Shown here piece after piece: positions 56,291 to 64,000 of a stretch of DNA of 64,000 nt. The notes under the pieces are model-generated. The model was not told the DNA's origin. It made no database searches and saw only the letters and a program-made list of their open reading frames with translations. Source of the stretch: Eledone cirrhosa (taxonomy: Eukaryota); contig OZ024741.1 in the NCBI GenBank assembly GCA_964016885.1, positions 203,918,001 to 203,982,000 on the forward strand, written 5' to 3'. Every line of letters begins with the position of its first letter. Position 1 is the first letter of the stretch. The translations under genes and the position numbers were made by a program.

Positions 56291-58067
56291 TAAACAGGAG
56301 CAGCCTAAACTCCACCTATAAAAAGGCTAACCACTCATGCATCGAGGACATAAATCGAGATGGACAACAAATTACCTCCAGCCTCAGGGTCGCCGACCGC
56401 ACGGAACCCCTAGACCAAGGGGACACCCTACTTCACACTGAAGGACCACAAATCCGATTTCGACCGTAAACCTTCTATCAGGCTTATAAACCCAACGAAG
56501 TCCGACATAGGGAGAATCAGCAAAAAAATCCTAGACCGCGTGATACCAAAAGTTAAGCAACATGCCCAACTTAGCCTATGGGTCAACACCCAGGAAGTAA
56601 TCTCATGGTTCAGCAATATGGAGGAAAAACGAGACACTAAATTCATCCAGTTTGACATAGAGAGTTACTATGCTTCAATCACCTTACCGCTACTTACCGC
56701 TACTTACGGCTGCCTTGGACTTCGCCGAAGCACTCGTGCCCATCACCGACCAGGAAAGAAACATCATCCTCCATGCCAGGAAGACAGTCTTACTCTTCGA
56801 CAACTCCAAATGGATAAAAAGAGCTCCCGACTCCCCCTTCGACGTCAGCATGGGCGCTACGGATTCGGCGGAGGTCACAGATCTTATAGGATTATTCCTA
56901 ATAGCCAAACTCACCGATATGTTTCCTGCATTCGGCGGTGGATTGTACCGTGATGATGGGCTCCTTACCCTTAAAGGGTACAACCCCAGTAGTACAGATC
57001 GAGTTCGTAAACAATTAATCAGCTTCTTCCGCGACTGGGGATTTAAAATAACCCTACAAACGTCCCTGACCCGAGTAAACTTCCTGGACGTTACCCTCGA
57101 CCTCGATAATGACCTGTACTACCCATACAGGAAACCTAATGACAACCTGCACTACATCCACCGCCGGTCAAACCATCCTAGGAACATCACCAATAACCTG
57201 GTTAAAAACATCTCCCTCCACATATCCCGTTTGTCAGCTAATGAGAAGATATTCGAGGAATATGCGCCTTATTACAACCAGGCCCTCAAGCGGAGTGGTT
57301 TCCGGGAGGAAATATCCTACTGTCCAGCTCCCATTAGTGGAACCAGCAGGCGACACCGCCGCTCACGCAATGTAACATGGTTCAATCCTCCCCACAACGC
57401 CGAGGTGACAACAACTATCGGGAAAATCTTCTTTAGGCTCATTGAAAAACACTTCCCACTACAACACCGCTACCACAACATAATTAACAAAAATACCATC
57501 AAACTCTCTTACAGCACCACACCAAACTTTGCACAAAACATCGTCTCCTCCAACAACAAAAAACTTAACCCCTATGGAAGAAATAACCTAAATAGCAGTG
57601 GAGAGCCGACCAGGAGGTGCAACTGTCCTGATGGATCCATTTGCCCCCTCGACAACAGATGCAGAGATCGTAATGTGATCTACCAGTGCAACGTGAGGAC
57701 GGACACCTCCAACAAAGCTTATATAGGATTAACCGCATGTGACTTCAAGACACGGCTATACCAACACAGACATACCTTCCGAAACCTGGCCCGGCGTCAC
57801 GCCACTACACTTTCGGGCCACATATGGGACCTCAAGGATAACAACATTACCTATGATCTCACTTGGAGATTACTGTCCAGAGCCAACTCTTACACGGGAG
57901 GACGGCGTCCGTGCAATTTATGCTCGGAGGAAACTTTACAAATGCTGTTTTCGACGGACCAACTCCTAAACAAGAAAGATGAACTGGTTACTGCATGTAA
58001 ACACAGATTGCGTAGGACTTACCTCGCCCTCAAACCCCATAATGACCCGAGGGGGGGGGGGGGTTAA
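56291..58067 (+). pseudogene. PLE reverse transcriptase + C-terminal GIY-YIG endonuclease, two frameshifts
   Basis: YFTLKDHK..RLINPTKS, FIQFDIESYY, DVSMGA, GLYRDDGL, NFLDVTL, WFNPP, CNC..CPL..C, NVIYQC..AYIGLT..FKTRLYQH, CNLCSEE; +1 shift near 56425 and a 10-bp tandem duplication (ttaccgctac) near 56684-56703. Confidence 0.92.
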
Positions 58068-59142
58068 ACTAGGGCTATAACACCCCACTTGCCGATTTTG
58101 TAATGGGTAACCCCTGCTTGCTAAGGGAGACGTAAGATCTTCTTTTATATCTTTTTATCGCTTCCTCTATATTTCCTTCTTCCCCCCATCCCTCCCTAGT
58201 CCTTCCACCCCAGTTCTCTTTCTTTGTCGTCGTCTTTTTCTCGCCCACCCGAGGCAGCCCCTCGGTCCCTTGTAGCCTGAGTACCCCCACCCCGTTCCCC
58301 TATTCTATGATAGATTTGGCCGAATCCGCTTTTTATAGCAGATGTGTTAGACCCCGGATACTTGCCCTCTTATCCGACCGCTGCCCCTTTTCCGTGCTTT
58401 CTATATTTCTTAGTGGTATCTTTGCTTTAATTTCTCGTTTATCAGTATTTTTTTGGGGGGGGGGGGATTCTGAATTAATTTTCCGGATCAAATTTTTACT
58501 TTTACTTCGTACAAGCTTTTATGTAGCTTGCACTAGAGCTTTTGTATCGTGGCGGCACCCTTAGAGATAGTATTAGTATTCTTTTTCGGGACTTTGAATT
58601 ATTATTTCGTATTAGTTTACTTTTTTGCACTGGGTGGTTGCTGGCCTTGTGCCTGGGGTAGAAACTTTTATTATTTCCTGGTTGTTTCTTTAGTATTTTG
58701 GCCCCTCACTTGTTGACCCGTCACCGTAAGATATACTCGGTTTATTATTTATACCTCTTAAAAGGGTCTCATTTTAATTCCGTCCCACCTAGTATATTTT
58801 TTTAGCCTAGCAATAGTGAGAGACTTAGGTCGTAGTAACCAGAAATTGTTTATTTTCTTTTTACATTTAATTGCTTTTTAACACTCTCAGTATTTTTCTA
58901 TATATTTACCCCTTATTGTTCTACTTACTGTTTCGACTTCTTCCCCCTCCCTAGTATCTTCTTTGACCTCACGCCCAGCTGTAGCCGGCACTATCAACGC
59001 ATGAATGGGTCTCCTCCACCTCCTCTCCCTCTTTCTCCTACTGGCAGGTTTAGCTACCCCTTCCCTCCACAAATTGCCATCATAGAATTATTATGTCTCA
59101 ACTACAAACTTTTGACCAATCACTTTGACCATATATAGAATT

Positions 59143-59238
59143 ACCCCCTGAGAAGCTCGGCTATTCAAATACCAGGATAAAAATGTTCATTTAGTCCAGA
59201 ATTAGCCGTCGAAACGGCTTGAGCTCAGCCGTCGGGGT
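59143..59238 (+). ncRNA. Type I hammerhead ribozyme fold in the PLE 3' region (C3.A8 mismatch)
   Basis: ACCCC-CUGAGAA-G..cggcua...uagccg.C-GAAA-CGGCU ugagcuc AGCCG-UC-GGGGU; predicted cut after 59233. Confidence 0.7.
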
Positions 59239-59356
59239 CCTACTCGTTCCTATTACCCACTCTACTACCCTAAGTATTGAGTACTTTGGTGCGTTATGGT
59301 CCACCTGGTTCCTTACCACATTTCTTCCGTTATATATATATATATATATATATATA

Positions 59357-60832
59357 TCATCATCATCATCGTTTAAGCGGCTAATAGTGGTATAAGCTTT
59401 CTGAACTTTTTCCACCCAGTTCTGACTCTAGCTACTGTACTTTCAGAGCACCCTCCCCCACTGCTGATTTTGTCACCCAGGTAACGGAAGCTGTCCACTA
59501 TTTCTATAGAACCCTCTGCGCAGTTGAAAGAGCTAGTATTTTTTGGGCACTTGCTGCTACTTATTGCCCCAGAACACCGGCCACATGTAAAATCTATGTT
59601 CTTAGTTAGCTTACCTGTGATCCCACTACATCTTTTATGCACCCAAACTTTGCATTTGGGACACAAAATGGAGTTTCTACCTACGCCTTTCCTACACTCT
59701 GAGCATGGCCACTTCCCGGAGGGGACCGCCGCCTTATTTTCTTTCTTACAAACTAGAACTTTAGTCTTAGCCAGGTTAATTTTAAGGCCTTTTGATTCTA
59801 GGCCGTGCTTCCATGTTTGGAATTTCTTCTCTAGCTCGGCCATTGATTCAGCTATGAGCGTTAGATCATCTGCGTATAGGAGTTCCCATGGGCAGCCGGT
59901 CTTGAACTCCACTGTTATAGCCTGGAGGGCAATAATAAATAGTAGGGGGCTAAGAACAGAGCCCTGATGAACACCAACTTTTACACTAAACTCTTCACTA
60001 TATTCGTTGTTAATTCTAACCTTGCTCACTGTTTCTTTATACATGGCTTGTATAGCTCTCACAAGCCATTCATCAACACCTAGTTTTCTAAGAGCCCACC
60101 AGATAATGGAACGGGGGACTCTGTCGAAGGCTTTCTCCAAGTCGACGAAAGCTAAGTATAGGGGTTTACTTTTAGCTAGGTACTTCTCCTGTAGTTGTCG
60201 TACAATGAAAAGAGCGTCTGTGGTATTTTTTCCTGACACAAACCCGAACTGCATTTCATCTAGATCAATTCGCTCTCTGATTAGTTGCGCTATTACTTTT
60301 TCCGTGATCTTCATGACCTGGTCGATTAATTTAATGCCTCTATAGTTACTCCTATCTAGGGCATCTCCTTTACCCTTATAACAGTTAACGATGATGCTGC
60401 TACGCCAGTCCTTCGGAACAGCCCCATTCTGTATGACTTGGTTGACTATCCGGGTGACCATGGTGTGTCCCACCGTACCAGATGCCTTCAGCATCTCGGC
60501 AACTATTTCCGAAGGCCCAGCCACCTTACCCGTCTTCATATCTTTGATTGCCTTACTTATTATACTACCCTCGACTAACACTGCTGGTCCCTCTATTGGG
60601 AGACTGTCTTTCTCCCATTTATTCTCCTCATTTAGTAGCCTTTCATAGTGACACTTCCAAGCTACCTTCTTATCAGCGTCAGTGATGGCAAGTACACCGT
60701 CATCATTAAGTACACACTTCTCCCCGACAATATCACTGTTTTCCTTGACACATTGCCTAGCAATCCTGAACACCTCACGCTTTTGGTCCTCGCGTTGTAG
60801 AACATGCTTGAACTTTCTTTCCTCTGCTTCCC

Positions 60833-60836
<4 letters not shown>
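59357..60836 (-). mobile_element. RTE-clade LINE fragment with an open RT and Cys-rich (PHD-like) segment
   Basis: NYRGIKL, QFGF, FVDLEKAFDRV, GVHQGSVLSPLLF, LYADDL, CSEC..CPKC.WVHKRC..CGRC, FRYLGD; (GAT)n tail at 59357-59376. Confidence 0.92.
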
Positions 60837-60874
<38 letters not shown>

Positions 60875-60894
60875 GGGAAGCAGAGGAAAGAAAG

Positions 60895-60930
<36 letters not shown>

Positions 60931-60933
<3 letters not shown>

Positions 60934-61119
60934 GGGAAAAGTGGTAAGGAACCAGGTGGACCATAACGCACCAAAGTACTCAATACTTAGGGTAGTAGAG
61001 TGGGTAATAGGAGTAAGTAAGACCCCGACGGCTGAGCTCAAGCCGTTTCGACGGCTAATTCAGTACAGAATTAGCCGTCGAAACGGCTTGAGCTCAGCCA
61101 TTGGGGTCTTACTTACTCC

Positions 61120-61121
<2 letters not shown>
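60931..61121 (-). mobile_element. Miniature fold-back remnant of the same PLE family (3' end only)
   Basis: 60940-61061 is the near-identical reverse complement of 59199-59320; 61008-61061 and 61068-61121 form a hairpin; flanked by (TA)n. Confidence 0.9.
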
Positions 61122-61161
<40 letters not shown>

Positions 61162-61331
61162 AAGGTAGATAAGGTTTTGTTTATGTATATTAGGATGAAT
61201 GAATGCTTAAACAAGAAAACTGCTTACCAGACAGTTTAACTTAACGGTATCCTTTGAATCGTATAGCATAAATATCCAAGCAGGGGAATATGGTATATAG
61301 GTCCAGAAGAGATCACAGAGTATATTAATAT

Positions 61332-61695
61332 AAGCAAGTATTGCACCAAGAAAAATATAAACATCGGCAAGAAATGAGATTGCGAATTAATTTGCTTTCA
61401 CATGTTTCTGTGTCTATTATAATTGTCTACATATGCTGACTACAATATATATTGTTCAAATATATGCAATACTTAATTATTTATCACACTTCATCAGAAA
61501 GCTTATAATTGTGGAAGTGACTACTCACTACTTGGTAGATTCTACCGTGTAGTGAATAGTCACTTCCACAATTATATTTATATTATAGTCAGCATATGTA
61601 GACAGTTATAATAGATACAGAAACATATGTTAAAGCGTATTAATTTATAATCCCATTTCTTGCTGATGTTTATATTTTTCTTGGTGCAATACTTG

Positions 61696-61698
<3 letters not shown>
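61332..61698. repeat. Long fold-back element
   Basis: Outer arms of about 115 bp (aagcaagtattgcaccaagaaaaatataaacatc / gatgtttatatttttcttggtgcaatacttgctt) plus an inner hairpin at 61505-61575. Confidence 0.85.
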
Positions 61699-61736
<38 letters not shown>

Positions 61737-61784
61737 CATTATATATATATATATATATATATAATGTTTTTAATAACACATATG

Positions 61785-62224
61785 TGTAGCAACGTGGTTT
61801 GTGGATCTGGTCACTACTTCTGATCGGATCTGAGAATAGCCCTTAAAAGGACTGTTATCACATACGGTAAGGAGGAACAGATGAAGGAAGAAGTTGAAAG
61901 GACGAGCAAGGCGAGAGATGTAGTTTCGGTCAGCTATTTATTTTCATACATGAAGCGGCGATACAGAGGTACAAGGCGTGTGTGAGTGACAAGCGTGGCA
62001 GAGGAGAGGAACAACGATACGCTAGCTGACTCTGCCAAAGGTCGGCTGGCGAAAGTGTTTGGAACCACTCTATTTATACAAAAATAATCGTTTGATGTTT
62101 AGCCGCTGCGTAGGTGTTTTATTTTGGTGGCTTAAGGGTTGTTTGTTTCACTGGGGTGAGGTAGCTAGCTAAGCAGATAGATAGAGTTGTTTATTTCACA
62201 GATGTTATTTCCGGTGGCTGTACA
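61785..62224 (-). mobile_element. Solo LTR
   Basis: TGTA...TACA termini, 4-bp TSD TATG, minus-strand TATAAA (about 62075) upstream of AATAAA (about 61940). Confidence 0.75.
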
Positions 62225-62763
62225 TATGCATATATTTAAAATATAAAGTCTTACTATTGAACAGTCACTGGAACTTGGGTAATATACCCCAAGTCCTCAT
62301 TATACTATTATATTTAGTGAGAAATTTTGCACTTTAAGTTCTTAACTCAACTTATATCTATCTTAGTCACTGTCACGCTGAGTAAAAGTAGTTCATAACT
62401 CTATGAAAACTGTTTCTCATCAGTTTACATAGTGAGCTAATCATCCTCATTTTATATCCACTTTCCACATTGGCATGACAACTTGGAGCATTCTCATCTT
62501 GCTCATACATTTGGCATGGTGGGTGTTTTTGGGGGGTTTTTTTCATGGCACCAACACTACTACTTTACTTAGTATACTGGTGGCAATTTTTGATGGCATT
62601 AGTACTACCACTTTACAGGGTGTACTGAGGGTTTATTGAAATTATTTTGAATTTAATGTTGCATTCACTTTTAAAAACTGTTTTGTTCAGTTTCTGAATA
62701 TCTCTGTAATTTTTAACTTTCTTTTTTAAAATAAATGCATAAAAATAAACTTCTGTTTACAAG

Positions 62764-62865
62764 GAATGTGAAAAAGAGAAAGAATTATGGAAAGAATATT
62801 ACATGGCCCGACCATCCTGTTGTTATGAAAAATATCATGCCCATTTTAACATTGGCTTATCATCG
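62764..62865 (+). CDS. myo1d: Myosin I exon (R)NVKKRKNYGKNITWPDHPVVMKNIMPILTLAYH (post-IQ/start of tail)
   Basis: tacaag (AAG) acceptor, gtaagg donor, 102 nt phase 2/2; resembles the Myo1D 'NV...DYGK.V.WP.PP' segment. Confidence 0.85.
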
Positions 62866-63054
62866 GTAAGGAATAATTGCAGAATTATGTTTACTTTGAG
62901 TTTTTTTTTATGGAATTGTTATTGCTATAGATGAGCAGGTCCTAGCCAGGGATCTACAGACCCTTCAGGTGGTCTGCAAAGGACTTACTAGGGATCTGTG
63001 AGCTAGGTTCAAAATTCCAATTACTTAGTTAAAAACATATATATAATATATAAT

Positions 63055-63575
63055 GAAAATATTGTGTACAGTGCTCAGGTGCACTACAGCTCATTAAAAG
63101 TATATGTATAGTACATAGGGTAATGTACAAACGTCAGCAAATGAACAGTGCATGAGTCATGATATACACATGTGTGCATGTGTATGGAAGGGGTACACCA
63201 GGTGTAGTATTGGCGAATTTCGGGAAGCATGAGGGTTTTAAAGGATGCAGTGTCTCGGCAGCTAACAACTGACGCAGGCAGTTTGTTCCATGCTTCAGCA
63301 ACTCTAAGCGTGAAAAAATGTTTCCGAAAGTCATGGGAGCTGTGCTGTTTTCTGATTTTGTAGGCATGTCCACATGTGTTAGACACGTGGAGATCAAAAA
63401 GGTGCTCAGGGTTGTTGTTAGCGAGATGGTTAATAAATTTGTGGGTGTTTACCAAGTCCATTGCCAGACGTCGGAGCTTCAATGAATCCATGCCCAGGGA
63501 AGCAAGGCGTTCAGAGTATGGTAGGTGTCAGATGGAGGGTATGTGCTTGGTTGCATGTCTCTGAACAGTTTCCAT
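63055..63575 (-). mobile_element. CR1-clade LINE 3' fragment
   Basis: SLKLRRL..DL, RKHFFTLRVAEAWNKLP; same 3' UTR as 50680-50815. Confidence 0.85.
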
Positions 63576-64000
63576 ATGTACACATGTATCCATAAGTATA
63601 AACATTTCTCTTTTGATTGTTATTCTCACTGAATAACAATTTCTAGTACTTTGTTATAAACATAATATATACACACCCTATTGTACATTCATCTTCTTTA
63701 AGTATAAAAATTTCTTTACTTTGATTGTAATTTTCACTATAACAATCTGAGTGGGATGTAATTGTAACAGAAAGGGAAGAATTCATTAAAACAAAAGGGA
63801 TCCTAGGCAGTGAAAATGCTTGGAACCACAGCTGTAGATCAATGAATTCTATTACAATGTGGTTCATTAGATTTTGGAGTAGGGCATTGAAATACAACCC
63901 TTACATTAGTCATTGTGTCCTTGTAGTCATCGGGTATGTTTGCTATCAACAGGATCACTTCTAGGGGTCACCATCTCAGTTTTGTTTTTATCTTTACCTT

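Larger units (their letters stand above)
55661..59330 (+). mobile_element. Penelope-like retroelement (PLE), 5'-truncated, with an inverted copy of its 3' region at the 5' end
   Basis: RT + GIY-YIG coding region 56291-58067; arms 55661-56290 and 58636-59250 are inverted repeats; both ends abut (TA)n. Confidence 0.92.

Noticed and set aside
55850-59072. Twin 61-63 aa ORFs (MWREGVAK...) on opposite strands
   Set aside because: By-product of the PLE inverted arms, antisense to its 3' UTR
60837-60983. N-terminus of the 536-aa minus-strand ORF
   Set aside because: Chance read-through from the PLE remnant and (TA)n into the truncated RTE; not a real start

Overview
AT-rich, repeat-dense animal genomic DNA; the SINE/LINE/microsatellite landscape suggests an octopod cephalopod (inference). 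One host gene is present: 13 GT-AG exons (26707-62865, + strand) that splice in frame to about 543 codons of a class I myosin (Myo1D/Myo31DF-like; motor domain, IQ neck, start of tail). Its 5' and 3' exons were not found in the window. Everything else is intronic repeat: tRNA-derived SINEs, TTAA/piggyBac-type MITEs, two non-autonomous Helitron families, RTE, CR1, Tx1/L1 and R4-like LINE pieces, Gypsy-type non-autonomous LTR elements and solo LTRs, a 22-bp minisatellite and kb-long (TA)n tracts. Highlights read from the sequence: (1) a Penelope-like element (RT + GIY-YIG) with 0.6-kb inverted arms, each carrying a type I hammerhead ribozyme fold with a variant core (U3-A8 in one arm), plus a miniature fold-back copy with the same breakpoint; (2) several more hammerhead-like motifs beside microsatellites, all on the myosin sense strand; (3) three unrelated LTRs ending TG...TAAA instead of TG...CA, two with tRNA-Trp primer sites, one of them extending through the whole T-arm with a mismatch exactly at A58; (4) a chain of retroelements joined through (TA)n tracts in one intron. 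All structures were assigned by eye; none were computed or database-checked.
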